Notes: generated from the letters alone by a model not told the origin. Shown: positions 48,624 to 58,862, counted from the first letter of the stretch. The stretch is 64,000 nucleotides of DNA from an uncultured bacterium (GCA_963729625.1 CAVSOU010000010.1:160001-224000), one strand, 5' to 3'. Numbers and translations: made by a program.

Positions 48624-49109
48624 GTGCGACAGCTGGAACGCCCAACCTATCAGGGATCCCTTCGGGCGATCGGGCGATACCTCGATCGAAACGTCTATCG
48701 ACACGTGATGATCGTGGAGACCGAGGACGGCTTCGTGCTGCGCGTGTTTGCCGATGGGGCCAACCTCAAGGCAGAGGGTATCGAGCTACCGATGAGCGAC
48801 TTGATTGCGCTGATCAATGCGCATGCGCAGTCTCGTGGATCGGACTTGCCGGCTCTGCAGTCTCCGCCCCTCTGCCCGACCGGCTATGAAGACTTCTTGC
48901 GCGCTCTCGGTTTCGAGCTCGACGCCCTCAAGGTGACTGGAGTTCGCACGATCGAGCTGAGCACCGGCATACTGGTTGCATTTACTGCCAGGAGCGCTGG
49001 GGGAGAGATTCGTCGCTTCGAAACGCTCTACGACAGGCAGCGCATCGAACAATCGCTCGAGCAGAGTTATCAACGCCGCTCCAAGGCGACCCCTCGACCG
49101 GCACTCTGA
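48624..49109 (+). CDS. Hypothetical protein made of two internally repeated domains
   Basis: YQGSLRAIGRYLD and YEDFLRALGFELD repeats; start uncertain. Confidence 0.75.
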   Translation: MRQLERPTYQGSLRAIGRYLDRNVYRHVMIVETEDGFVLRVFADGANLKAEGIELPMSDLIALINAHAQSRGSDLPALQSPPLCPTGYEDFLRALGFELDALKVTGVRTIELSTGILVAFTARSAGGEIRRFETLYDRQRIEQSLEQSYQRRSKATPRPAL

Positions 49110-49221
49110 TGCCCTTGCACGGCCCGCGTCACCGAGGCCGCTCATGCCCGGCGCGGCTGGGAGCCGGACAGGTCAGTTTGTATCTTCTCCGCGCCGACGA
49201 CACCTGCCGGGTGACGCGGCT

Positions 49222-51048
49222 TCAGTAGCTGAGTCCGTAGCCGAAAGGATACAGTGGCCTCTTCGAGTCAAACGGAACATCCGGCTTTTGCTCCCTGACT
49301 GCCCGCATACTCGACGGCAGCTCAAATGGAAGCCGGCCTGAGGGTACATATCGCCCGAAGACGGCGTCGAGCACGGCATCGTCGCTCGCTCCGAAGTCGG
49401 CAACGAGTGCCGCGCAATGCTCGGCCATCTCGGGAATCACGGCCGGTCGATCCAGCGCGATGCAGAACACTGTCGGCGCAGCGGCCATGATGGTAAGCAG
49501 CCGCGCCTTCTCTTCCGGCGTAAAACTGAGGTCGCCGGCGTGGAAGATTCCTTCTAGAGGGCCCCTGCGCGGCTCGAACGGCGACGCCACTCGCACTACG
49601 GCGACGTCCGCGTCCTCGGGTCGCAGCACCACCTCGCCGTAGAGCGCGCCCACGGCGATCGCCACGTTTTCCAGGAAGATCCTGGGCCTGCCTCGCAGCG
49701 GCAACATTCTTCCGCCAGCGTGTTTCTCCGCGTTCTTCAAAAGCACGATAGCCTTTCGCTGTGCTTCGGCACCCGCGGCCCGGAAGTCCTGGCGCCCGAC
49801 TATCGCTTCAGCGGCCTCCGGATCGACGAATGGGTCATCGAACAGCCCAAGTCGGAACTTAACGCTCAGGAGACGCCTTACCGATTGATCTATGCGCGCT
49901 TCCGCGATCTGCCCGTCTCTCACCAGTGCGAAGAGCACCTCTGGACACTCTTCGCCGCCGAACTGGTCCGATCCGGCGTCTATTACCTTTCGGATGCGCT
50001 CTTCCAGACTGAGATGTTCGACTCCCCACGCTCGGGCGAGCATGGTCTCACCCTGCATCTGTTTGTCCGTCAGCAGACCCCAGTCCGTGCATACCACTCC
50101 GTCGAATCCGTATCTCTCGCGGAGCAGCCCGGTGATGACATCCCTGTTGAAGCCGAATCCGACCGCCTCGATTGGGAGCCCGACCGGCATGCCGTAGTAC
50201 GGCATGATCATGGCGGTGCCGGCGGCGAATGCGGCCTCGAACGGCCTCAGGTGGTGCTCGAAGTTGTTTCCGGGATACACCTGCTCCCGCCCATAAGGAA
50301 AGTGCGGATCCTCTCCGTCCTTCTGCGGACCGCCCCCAGGGAAGTGCTTGGTCATGCATGCAACGCTGTCCGGCCCAAGCTCCGTGCCCTGGAATCCACG
50401 GATATACGCGGCAACCAGTTTCGAAACCGTCTCGACGTCCTCGCCAAAGGTTCCGCTAATGCGTGCCCATCGCGGCTCAGTGGCAAGATCCGCCATGGGG
50501 TGGAGCGCGGTTCGGATTCCGACCGCGAGATATTCTTGGCGCGCGATGTCGGCGAACCGCTCGACAACGCCAGGATCGCCGATTGCAGCGAGCCCTATCG
50601 GTTCCGGCCATTGTGAGAAGTCCGTTGCGGCGGCCGAGGTCGCCATATTGCTGATGAATCCATGCCGCGGATCGGAGGCTATTGTCACGGGGATACCCAG
50701 GCGCGTGTTCTCAGCCAGCTCTTGAACGCGATTGTGCCAATTGGCAAGGTCACGCGGACCCGGCGCGTCCCAGATATTGAAATGATTGACGTGCATCGTT
50801 GAGATCAATGCGGCAGTCGAAGGCTGGCCGGCTAGCGATGTCGTCTCATTCAGCCGGCCGTCTCTGCTGAGCAGGGCGCCCGGCTGGAACATCAATCCGA
50901 CCTTCTCCTCCAGTGCCATGCATGCCAGCAGATCGTTGACTCGGTCGTCCACCGGGAGCCGCCGATCCTCGTACGGATCGAGCTTTCCGTTCTTGTTGCA
51001 GTCCCTGAATGTGAAGCCATCGCCGGTCCGCAGCCGGACATCCACCAT
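49222..51048 (-). CDS. Glycoside hydrolase family 3 (beta-glucosidase-like, no signal peptide)
   Basis: RLGIP, SDPRH, KHFPG, MPYY, TDWG nucleophile, IVLLKN and PSGRLP motifs. Confidence 0.93.
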   Translation of the reverse strand: MVDVRLRTGDGFTFRDCNKNGKLDPYEDRRLPVDDRVNDLLACMALEEKVGLMFQPGALLSRDGRLNETTSLAGQPSTAALISTMHVNHFNIWDAPGPRDLANWHNRVQELAENTRLGIPVTIASDPRHGFISNMATSAAATDFSQWPEPIGLAAIGDPGVVERFADIARQEYLAVGIRTALHPMADLATEPRWARISGTFGEDVETVSKLVAAYIRGFQGTELGPDSVACMTKHFPGGGPQKDGEDPHFPYGREQVYPGNNFEHHLRPFEAAFAAGTAMIMPYYGMPVGLPIEAVGFGFNRDVITGLLRERYGFDGVVCTDWGLLTDKQMQGETMLARAWGVEHLSLEERIRKVIDAGSDQFGGEECPEVLFALVRDGQIAEARIDQSVRRLLSVKFRLGLFDDPFVDPEAAEAIVGRQDFRAAGAEAQRKAIVLLKNAEKHAGGRMLPLRGRPRIFLENVAIAVGALYGEVVLRPEDADVAVVRVASPFEPRRGPLEGIFHAGDLSFTPEEKARLLTIMAAAPTVFCIALDRPAVIPEMAEHCAALVADFGASDDAVLDAVFGRYVPSGRLPFELPSSMRAVREQKPDVPFDSKRPLYPFGYGLSY

Positions 51049-51271
51049 GGTTATTCCCCTCTGACTGGTCGTGCAGTCTATCGTGTTGTCCATCCCGGCG
51101 GTCGGCCGCAGACTACAGCAGGCTGCCCGTCTGAATCGTAGCACAGGCGCTCAGGTCGTTGCGCGGCGCTCCTGTAAGCGAGAGCGTGAGAGTGCGCTTG
51201 CAGCGTTGGTGGCATGGAATTGCGAACGCCGATATACTACGGTGGGTTTGCGTCAGAGCGATGGAGGTACC

Positions 51272-51718
51272 GTGAGATTCTCCGCGCGCACTCGATATGG
51301 TCTGCTTGCCCTCATGGACATGGCCATGCGCAATGACATGGGAACCGGACAGCGCCTTACCACGCACGAGATTGCAGCCCGGCAGGGCATCCCCGAACGC
51401 TTCCTCGAACAACAGATCACTGCCCTCAAGAACGCTGGCCTGGTCACCAGTTACCGGGGCGCCCACGGCGGCTGCGGACTGGCCCGGCGCCCCGAAGAGA
51501 TCACGGTCCTCCAGGTCATCGTGGCGCTTGAAGGTTCTCCCCTTGAGCTCGAACGCATCGACGGGTCCGAGCATGAGGTCGTGGGCGGGGCTATTCGCGA
51601 AGTGTGGGAGAAGGCGCGCGACGCATTGTGTGCCGTATTCGGCGAAATGACGATCGCATCGCTCGCCGCGCGAGAAGAAGACCTGCGGCACGACAAGGCG
51701 GTGATGTTCTACGTGTAA
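51272..51718 (+). CDS. Rrf2-family regulator, CymR-like (lacks the Fe-S cysteine triad)
   Basis: RTRYGL, FLEQ, YRGAHGG and ALEG motifs; C-terminal VMFYV. Confidence 0.88.
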   Translation: MRFSARTRYGLLALMDMAMRNDMGTGQRLTTHEIAARQGIPERFLEQQITALKNAGLVTSYRGAHGGCGLARRPEEITVLQVIVALEGSPLELERIDGSEHEVVGGAIREVWEKARDALCAVFGEMTIASLAAREEDLRHDKAVMFYV

Positions 51719-51878
51719 TGGCCAACTGCGCCGCAACAGTCTGCGACTGCGAGACTGGGCGCTGATGCCCTTTATCGCTGCATGGTATACTTCTTCCACT
51801 TACCGGCGCAGCTTCTGACGCCGTGCGGGGGCGTGCTGTGCGTGTCCCTTTACAGCTGTGCGAAAGGGCATGGAGCAC

Positions 51879-52139
51879 ATGCGCGACAGTCAGTGGACGC
51901 AGATTCGGTCGACGACGTCGCTGATTGAGGCGGACATGTTACGGGACCTCTTGCAGCGCGAAGGAATCAGTGGCCTCGTTCAGCCGTGCGATTCCTCGGC
52001 GTACCTGGGCGCGATGAGCCCGTGCAACTTACTGGTTAAGGCAGGAGACGCCGAGCGCGCGATGGAATTCCTCGACGACCTTCAGATGAGTGAACAGGAC
52101 CTAGAGTCGATCGATTACGAGGACGATGGCGAGGCGTAA
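51879..52139 (+). CDS. DUF2007-like small protein
   Basis: EADMLRDLLQREGI..LLVKAGDAERA pattern; GGAG SD. Confidence 0.75.
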   Translation: MRDSQWTQIRSTTSLIEADMLRDLLQREGISGLVQPCDSSAYLGAMSPCNLLVKAGDAERAMEFLDDLQMSEQDLESIDYEDDGEA

Positions 52140-52302
52140 GCGCGTCCCCTCGTGCGGAATGCCGTTGGGTTCGGGGTGTCTCGGAGCGCTGAACATTGTC
52201 GTGGAGGCGTCGTGCGATGCACCGTGCGGTGGGCGCACGGATGTGCTGGCACCGACGCGGTGCCGGCGGGGATGCGGTGTGATTGACTAGAGTGAGTCTC
52301 TG

Positions 52303-53250
52303 ATGGATCTGTTTCGTCGACGACCCCGTAACCTGAGCCTTCCTGCGAACGAGCAAGGCCAACAGGAGACGCCTGACAACCTCTGGATTCGCTGTCCCGC
52401 GTGTAACGAGCAGATATACGAGCGCGAGTATCAGGATAATCTTCGCGTCTGCCCCAAGTGTCGCCATCACTTTCGACTCTCCCTTGCCGAGCGCATCGAG
52501 ACGCTGCTGGATACCGGCAGCTTCGAGGAGTGTGACTCAAACCTGCGCGGCACTGATCCGCTCGACTTCCTGGCCGAAGGCGAGTCCTATGCCGACAAGC
52601 TGCGCGAGACTGAGGAAAAGGCCGGCACGCCTGAGGCTGCTGTCTCGGGCCTGGCGACTATTGAGGGTGTTCGTGTCGTCGTGGTGATCAACAACTTCGC
52701 GTTCCTTGCCGGTTCGCTGGGCGTCGCCGTGGGAGAGAAGATCGTGCGAGCGATCGACGTCGCCGTGGCTCGACGGCTGCCCTTGTTGATCGTCTCCGCG
52801 AGCGGCGGTGCCCGGCAGCACGAAGGTGTTTTCGGGCTGCTCCAGATGGCCAAGACTGCTGCCGCGCTTGCAAGGCTCGCAAGAGTCCAGATGCCCTACA
52901 TCTCGCTTATCACCGACCCTACAATCGGCGGCGTACCGGCGAGCTACGCCATGCTTGGCGACGTGACGATTGCCGAGCCGGGTGCATATGTCGGCTTCGC
53001 CGGGCCGCGTGTCATGGAGAAGACGATTCGCCAGAAGCTGCCGCCCGGCATGGCCTCTTCGGAATCGATGTTGGCTCATGGCATGATTGACATGGTTTGC
53101 TCGCGTTCGGAGTTGCGGAGTACCATCGCGCGATTGGTGCGCCTGCTTACCGCTGCCGGTTATACGCGGACCTCCCGAAGCGGCGGAGGCTTGGAGATGC
53201 CATCGTGGATCGCGGTCACGAGAAGCGAGGGAGTCCGAGTTGACGATTGA
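52303..53250 (+). CDS. accD: Acetyl-CoA carboxylase carboxyltransferase beta subunit
   Basis: CPAC..CPKC zinc finger, SGGARQHEG, DPTIGGV and GFAGPRV motifs. Confidence 0.96.
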   Translation: MDLFRRRPRNLSLPANEQGQQETPDNLWIRCPACNEQIYEREYQDNLRVCPKCRHHFRLSLAERIETLLDTGSFEECDSNLRGTDPLDFLAEGESYADKLRETEEKAGTPEAAVSGLATIEGVRVVVVINNFAFLAGSLGVAVGEKIVRAIDVAVARRLPLLIVSASGGARQHEGVFGLLQMAKTAAALARLARVQMPYISLITDPTIGGVPASYAMLGDVTIAEPGAYVGFAGPRVMEKTIRQKLPPGMASSESMLAHGMIDMVCSRSELRSTIARLVRLLTAAGYTRTSRSGGGLEMPSWIAVTRSEGVRVDD

Positions 53251-54229
53251 CCTCGATTTCGAGGCGCCTCTGGCCGAGCTGGCCGCCGAGCTTGAGAAGG
53301 CCAAGGCATCCGTGGAGAACGGCGAGGGCTCGGCGCAGAAGGTGATCGACCTTCAGGGCCAGATCGATAAGATACTGCTGAACCTGTATGCCAACCTGAG
53401 CCCCTGGCAGAAGGTGCAGGTTGCGCGCCACCCACAGCGGCCCCTCTCACTTGATTACTTGCGCTTGACGTTCACGGACTTCACGGAGCTTCACGGAGAC
53501 CGGCGGTTTGGGGACGATCAGGCGATCGTCGGCGGCCCAGCCTTCCTCGACGGCACGTCTGTCATGGTGGTGGGACAGCAACGCGGTCACGACACGCGCG
53601 AGAACAGCAAGCGTAATTTTGGCATGCCGGGGCCGGAAGGTTACCGGAAGGCGCAGCGCCTCTTCAGGCTGGCGGAGAAGCTCGGTCTGCCACTGATCAC
53701 GTTGATCGACACGCCTGGCGCCAACGTCGGCGTGGCCGACGAGGAACGCGGACAGGTGGAAGCGATAGCAAGCTCGATCGCGGAGATGTATGCGCTGAAA
53801 GTGCCAACAGTAGCGGTTATCATTGGCCAGGGCAACAGCGGCGGCGCATTGGCTATTGGCGTGGCTGACCGCCTGCTAATGCTGGAGCACAGCACCTATT
53901 CGGTCGCGTCCCCGGAAGCGGCGGCGTCGATCATGTGGCGTAGCTCGCAGCGTGCCGCCGAGGCCGCGGAAATCATGCGCATCACGGCACAGGACATTCT
54001 GGCGTTCGGCATTGCCGATTCCGTCATTCCCGAACCAGTCGGCGGGGCGCATCGCGATCCAACGGGCATGGCACTGCGCTTGCACGACGCGCTTGTCCCG
54101 GTCGTCCATGAGCTGCTGGGATTGGGTATCTCCGAGTTGCTCGAGGCCCGATTCCACCGCTACCGCAATATCGGCTCAGCCTACGTGCTGGGCGACGCAC
54201 CAATGGCCGAGTCGCGCGCCGCGAGATAG
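53240..54229 (+). CDS. accA: Acetyl-CoA carboxylase carboxyltransferase alpha subunit
   Basis: LDFE, ARHPQRP, LHGDR, NFGMP.PEGYRK, SGGALA and SPEA motifs; TTG start overlaps accD. Confidence 0.96.
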   Translation: MTIDLDFEAPLAELAAELEKAKASVENGEGSAQKVIDLQGQIDKILLNLYANLSPWQKVQVARHPQRPLSLDYLRLTFTDFTELHGDRRFGDDQAIVGGPAFLDGTSVMVVGQQRGHDTRENSKRNFGMPGPEGYRKAQRLFRLAEKLGLPLITLIDTPGANVGVADEERGQVEAIASSIAEMYALKVPTVAVIIGQGNSGGALAIGVADRLLMLEHSTYSVASPEAAASIMWRSSQRAAEAAEIMRITAQDILAFGIADSVIPEPVGGAHRDPTGMALRLHDALVPVVHELLGLGISELLEARFHRYRNIGSAYVLGDAPMAESRAAR

Positions 54230-54282
54230 AACTGGCAGCCTCGCAGCCTCCCCGGAGGGCGAGCAAGCCGCGCGTGATTTCT

Positions 54283-55230
54283 CTAGCTCAACCGGCGCAA
54301 TCGGTCCAGCACTGCGGCGAGATCGCCCGGCAACGGCGATATAAACTCCATTTCCACTCCCGTGCCTGGATGAACGAATCGCAGGAGCGATGCGTGCAGG
54401 AATTGGCGCGTCAGGGGCAGTCCCTTGATCGGTCTGCCGTACACCGGGTCGGAGACAATAGGGTGACCAAGGGCACTGAAATGCACACGAATCTGGTGCA
54501 TGCGACCGGTGTCGAGTCGAACTCTGACGAGCGAGTAGTGCGAAAATGACTCTTCCGTCCAATACGTCGTGCGCGCCTCGCGTCCGCCTTGTCCCACCAC
54601 GGCCATGCGCTGCCGGTGGCGGGGATCCCGGCCGATGTCCGCCGATATCGTGCCCGAGCTGGGCTCAAGCGCGCCGATCACGAGCGCCAGGTACTCTTTA
54701 TGCACCTGCCTGTTCTTGAAGGCGCGCGCGAGCGCTGAGACCGCGGCGGGCGTACGCGCGACCACCATCACGCCGGACGTATCCTTGTCAAGTCTATGTA
54801 CGATTCCAGGCCTTGCCGGATCGCCAGGAAGGCTCGCGTATCTGCCGAGAAGGGCGTTTACAAGCGTGCCGGTCTCGTTGCCCGGCGCGGGATGCACGAC
54901 CATGCCTGCAGGCTTGTCGACGACGACAAGGGTATCGTCTTCGAACACGATCTGCAGGGAGATGTCTTCAGCCTCAGCCTCCGGCGGACGAGGGACGGGA
55001 AGCGTAACCTCGATATGGGCCCCCTCGACCGGGCGACTGGCCGGTTTGCATTTCCGACCGTTGATGAGCACAAGGCCACGTGCAATCAAGTCGGCCGCGG
55101 TCGCGCGCGACATCTCGGGCAGCATCATCGGCATGAGCCGGTCCAGCCGTTTACCCGCGTGAACCTCCGGCACCAGCAGCGTGATCCGCTCACTCAACGC
55201 GCGACCCCTTGCCGCAGCCTTCGCGTTCAT
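54283..55230 (-). CDS. rluD: RluA/RluD-family pseudouridine synthase with S4 domain
   Basis: GKRLD, KPAGMVVHP, HRLDKDTSG and TGRMHQIRVH motifs. Confidence 0.92.
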   Translation of the reverse strand: MNAKAAARGRALSERITLLVPEVHAGKRLDRLMPMMLPEMSRATAADLIARGLVLINGRKCKPASRPVEGAHIEVTLPVPRPPEAEAEDISLQIVFEDDTLVVVDKPAGMVVHPAPGNETGTLVNALLGRYASLPGDPARPGIVHRLDKDTSGVMVVARTPAAVSALARAFKNRQVHKEYLALVIGALEPSSGTISADIGRDPRHRQRMAVVGQGGREARTTYWTEESFSHYSLVRVRLDTGRMHQIRVHFSALGHPIVSDPVYGRPIKGLPLTRQFLHASLLRFVHPGTGVEMEFISPLPGDLAAVLDRLRRLS

Positions 55231-55280
55231 CGTGGCCACCTCGCACCAAACCGGCCCAACATGCCCCTCCTGCGCGCCAA

Positions 55281-55775
55281 TCAAGGCCTTCCCCGAGGTT
55301 GCGGGGAACGCGGCGCATCCTGACCCAACCACACCCACGCGAGCAGGCAGGCGCCAGAGACGATCGCGAGGTCGGCAAGGTTGAAGACAGGCAACGGCCG
55401 AATATACACGAAGTCAACGACATAGTTGTATCGCACTCGGTCTACCATGTTTCCCGCTGCCCCGCCCATCTGCAGGCCGAGGCTGCACAATGTCGTGGTT
55501 CTCCGTGCAGGAAACAGCGCCATGCTGAGCAGCATCACGCACACCACGACCGCCGCTACCACCACGAAGAGTGCGTCGCTGCCTGCCAACACGCCAAACG
55601 CCGCACCATGGTTGACGGTATAGAGCAGGCTGATCCAGCCACCGAGAACAGATGGATTGGGCTGCGATGCGCCGCCGAGGCTCACGCGCGCCCAGTGCTT
55701 CACCACCTGATCGGCGATGAGCACGCCGAAGCCAATGAACAGTGGAAACGCGGCTCTCGCCGCCGGGCTTTTCAT
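55281..55775 (-). CDS. lspA: Lipoprotein signal peptidase
   Basis: DQVVK, NHGAAFG, GNMVDR, VVDF and FNLAD motifs. Confidence 0.95.
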   Translation of the reverse strand: MKSPAARAAFPLFIGFGVLIADQVVKHWARVSLGGASQPNPSVLGGWISLLYTVNHGAAFGVLAGSDALFVVVAAVVVCVMLLSMALFPARRTTTLCSLGLQMGGAAGNMVDRVRYNYVVDFVYIRPLPVFNLADLAIVSGACLLAWVWLGQDAPRSPQPRGRP

Positions 55776-55885
55776 CAAGCCAGGTTGTCTCGCATGTGAC
55801 CTAACGCTGAGGCAGACGTGTCGCGCGGAGATGGGGCCGCCATCGGCCTTCCGGAGCGGCCACCTGCGGCTTCGGCGAGACGCGA

Positions 55886-56995
55886 CTAGCTGTCTTTCGC
55901 CAGTGTAGCAATTTGCAGAATATCCGCGAACACCGCGCCCGCAGTGACCTCGCGACCAGCTCCAGGTCCCATCACGATGAGTGTACGCTCAGAGTACCGC
56001 GCCGTGCGGAAACTCACCATGTTGTCCGTGCCGCGGAGCCGGCCGAGCGGCGTCGCCTGAGGGACCGGGACGAGGCCGACGCGCGACGCGCCGGGCTTGA
56101 TCTCCGCGAGGTATCGAAGTACCAGCCCCTGCTCATCCGCCGCCTGCTGGCGCGCGCGCATCGTTTCATCGATCGACGACAGACCTTCCAGGAACGCGTC
56201 GAGGCTTGTGCCCATCAGATGGTCGGGAACCAGGCTTTCGCTCCTGATCTCACCCAGTTCGGCGCGCGTGCCGATCATGCGCGTCAGGATCAACGCCTTG
56301 CGAGCCACGTCGAGTCCGCACAAATCGTCGCGCGGGTCAGGCTCAGTAATTCCTAGGACCCGTGCCGCCCTGACGGCGTCCGAGAATGATTGCCCATCCT
56401 CAAGCGCGGTGCAGAGATAGTTCAGAGTTCCGCTCAGACATGCGTCGATAGATACGATTTCATCGCCTGTGTCGACCAAGCTTTGCAGCGTGGCGATGAC
56501 AGGAAGACCCGCACCCACGGTCGCCTCGTGACGTATGGAGCGTCCAAGCTTCCTGGCGGACGTGAGGCTGTACCAGATGCCCATGTCGGCGGATAGCGGG
56601 CGCTTGTTGGCCATCACGACGTCGTAGCCGTGCTTGACCGATTCCACCAGCACGTCGGCGGTATGGTCCGAGGCAGTCAAGTCGACGATAATCCCGCCCG
56701 TATATCCACGCTCGCGCAAGGACATTATCACGCCTAGCTGGTCGTCCTCAGGGGCCCTTCGATACCGGGCAGCGCCCGACATCCCTTGCTCGCACACGGC
56801 TACAAGCGTCTCGCCATCGAGGCAAGGTTCTCCAACCAGCATCGTGTGCGCCTCGGCAACCGCAATGACAGGAAGCTCGAGTGCGTAATGAAGTCGCAGA
56901 TGATTCCTCTGCTGAAGCAGCTGTCGAAGGAGCGCCTTCCCGATCCCTCCGGCGCCAAGTATGACGAGAGGCACACGGCGTAGTCCATTGGGCAA
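55886..56995 (-). CDS. hom: Homoserine dehydrogenase (no ACT domain)
   Basis: GAGGIG, ANKRP, EATVGAGLP, SGTLNY, TEPDPRDDL and GPGAG motifs; GGAGGAGG SD before TTG. Confidence 0.93.
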   Translation of the reverse strand: MPNGLRRVPLVILGAGGIGKALLRQLLQQRNHLRLHYALELPVIAVAEAHTMLVGEPCLDGETLVAVCEQGMSGAARYRRAPEDDQLGVIMSLRERGYTGGIIVDLTASDHTADVLVESVKHGYDVVMANKRPLSADMGIWYSLTSARKLGRSIRHEATVGAGLPVIATLQSLVDTGDEIVSIDACLSGTLNYLCTALEDGQSFSDAVRAARVLGITEPDPRDDLCGLDVARKALILTRMIGTRAELGEIRSESLVPDHLMGTSLDAFLEGLSSIDETMRARQQAADEQGLVLRYLAEIKPGASRVGLVPVPQATPLGRLRGTDNMVSFRTARYSERTLIVMGPGAGREVTAGAVFADILQIATLAKDS

Positions 56996-57020
56996 GCTGC
57001 ACCTCCTCCGATTCGGTATT

Positions 57021-57049
57021 TTGACACGCAGTGTGCGGCGGTGTAAACT
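57021..57049 (+). promoter_or_regulatory. Sigma70-type promoter for the trp leader
   Basis: TTGACA-N17-TAAACT. Confidence 0.7.
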
Positions 57050-57069
57050 GCGGGCACTGGGTAGTATAA

Positions 57070-57350
57070 CGGCTTGTCGCAGGATAAGTACTACTCGCGA
57101 GGACCTTCAGAGAGCCGACGCTGCTGCGAGTCGGTGGTCCCGCGGATGGGAATGGACCTGCGGGCTGGTCGCTCAATGCATCTGCAATAAGGCGATCCGC
57201 TGCACCTGCGTTACAGGGTGCTCGGTCCACAAAGTCGGCGCGCTCGCGACCGGCTCAGGTCGAGTTGAGGAGAACTGTCGTTCTCGAAGTCTGGGTGGCA
57301 CCACGGGTAGGCCCCTCGTCCCGGCGGACGTTGGGGCTGTTTGTTTTCTG
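57070..57350 (+). promoter_or_regulatory. T-box riboswitch, Trp-specific, with intrinsic terminator
   Basis: AGTA, AGAGA and GCTG stem I elements; specifier GAA-TGG at 57153-57155; CGTTA; T-box AAGTCTGGGTGGCACCACGG at 57287-57306, where UGGC pairs with G73 of tRNA-Trp; GCCCC/GGGGC hairpin plus U-rich tract. Confidence 0.95.
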
Positions 57351-57362
57351 GGGGTGGTGTGC

Positions 57363-58862
57363 ATGCCTTATTCACCGTCGCTCGACGCGATCCGAGCTAG
57401 GATCCAGGAAGAGGGGCGCGTGCCTATCTTTCGTGAGCTGCTCGCAGATCTCGACACCCCGGTTTCCGCCTATTTGAAAGTTGCCGGCACAGGCCGCGGC
57501 TTCTTGCTCGAGAGCGTCGAGAACGGAGAACGCTCTTCGCGATACAGCTTCCTCGGCGGGGAGCCTCGCGTGACCTTAACCTACCAGGACGGTGTCGCGC
57601 AGCTCGAACGCGAAGGGCAACCAAGCCTGCTGTGGGACTGCCGCGACCCGCTCGTCGCGCTGAAGGATATGTTGGGCACTGCTCGGCAGCGTAGCGACAC
57701 GCTGCCGCCGTTCTGTGGGGGGGCCGTCGGTTACCTTGGCTACGAGATCGCCGCGTGCTTCGAACGACTGCCGGTCGGCGATCGCGTCCCTCCTCTGGTA
57801 CCGGACGCGCTCTTCATGCTTGCCGATCCCGTCGTTGTGTTTGATCACGTGTTGCGCACCGTCAAGGTGATCACTACGGTTTCGCGGGAAGACGCGCCTG
57901 TCATCGACGAGGCGTATGCTGCCGCGATACGCAGAATCGACGCCGTGTGCGCAAAGCTTGCGCAGCCCACGGTACCCCCAAGGCTCCAAGCGCCCACCCA
58001 TGAGGCGTCCGCGAAACCGGTCAGCAATGTCGGGCAGGATCGCCACGAGCAGGCGGTCCGGCGCGCCATTGAGTACATACACGCCGGCGACGCCATCCAG
58101 GTCGTCTTGTCGCAGCGTCTTGCCAAGCCGACGACTACGGATAGCTTCACGCTGTATCGGGCCCTGCGCACGGTCAGTCCATCGCCATACATGGTGTACC
58201 TCAACTTCGGGGGCTTTTCGCTTGTGAGCGCATCAGTGGAAACGCTCCTCAAAGTGCAAGGTGACCGTCTCTACTACCACCCAATCGCCGGAACACGCCG
58301 CCGAGGCGTGAACCCTGAGGAGGACCTGGCTCTCGAGAATGAGCTTCGAGGTGACGTAAAGGAGCGCGCTGAGCATGTGATGCTGGTCGACCTTGGCAGA
58401 AACGACCTTGGCCGCGTTGCGGAAACAGGATCCGTGCATGTCAGCGAGCTCATGGCGATCGAACGCTTCTCGCACGTGATGCACATGGTCTCCACGATCG
58501 AGGCACGGCTCCTCCCAGGACTGCACGGCTTTGACGCCCTTCGCTCGGCATTCCCAGCCGGTACCGTGTCCGGCGCGCCGAAGATACGCGCAATGGAGAT
58601 CATCGCTGAGCTCGAGCCGCACAGGCGAGGGCCCTACGCCGGGTCGGCGGGCTACTTCGACTACAGTGGCGACCTCGATACCGCCATCACGATCAGAACC
58701 GCGCTCGTGCATGAGGGCACCGTCTATGTCCAGGCGGGCGGCGGCATAGTGGCCGATTCACATCCGGCCGACGAATGGAACGAGACCATGCACAAAGCCG
58801 GAGGAATGCTCCGCGCGGTCGAAGCCGCCGAGCGCCTGGCCGAGGTGCAGGCATATGTGTAA
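57363..58862 (+). CDS. trpE: Anthranilate synthase component I
   Basis: FLLES, SPSPYM, PIAGT, KERAEH.MLVDLGRND and GTVSGAPK motifs. Confidence 0.97.
   Translation: MPYSPSLDAIRARIQEEGRVPIFRELLADLDTPVSAYLKVAGTGRGFLLESVENGERSSRYSFLGGEPRVTLTYQDGVAQLEREGQPSLLWDCRDPLVALKDMLGTARQRSDTLPPFCGGAVGYLGYEIAACFERLPVGDRVPPLVPDALFMLADPVVVFDHVLRTVKVITTVSREDAPVIDEAYAAAIRRIDAVCAKLAQPTVPPRLQAPTHEASAKPVSNVGQDRHEQAVRRAIEYIHAGDAIQVVLSQRLAKPTTTDSFTLYRALRTVSPSPYMVYLNFGGFSLVSASVETLLKVQGDRLYYHPIAGTRRRGVNPEEDLALENELRGDVKERAEHVMLVDLGRNDLGRVAETGSVHVSELMAIERFSHVMHMVSTIEARLLPGLHGFDALRSAFPAGTVSGAPKIRAMEIIAELEPHRRGPYAGSAGYFDYSGDLDTAITIRTALVHEGTVYVQAGGGIVADSHPADEWNETMHKAGGMLRAVEAAERLAEVQAYV

Noticed and set aside
42091-49200. 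Intact integrative element or prophage at tRNA-Gly
   Set aside because: No integrase, structural genes or duplicated tRNA 3' end found. Only an 8-nt partial match near 46793, which is not significant.
56961-57362. N-terminal extension of TrpE in the ORF track (likewise cysE to 16801, secA to 9004, rel from 24668, gatD from 10581, trpD from 59081, DUF2298 to 38346)
   Set aside because: These extensions run through T-box leaders, intergenic DNA or neighbouring genes; homology and SD position indicate later starts.
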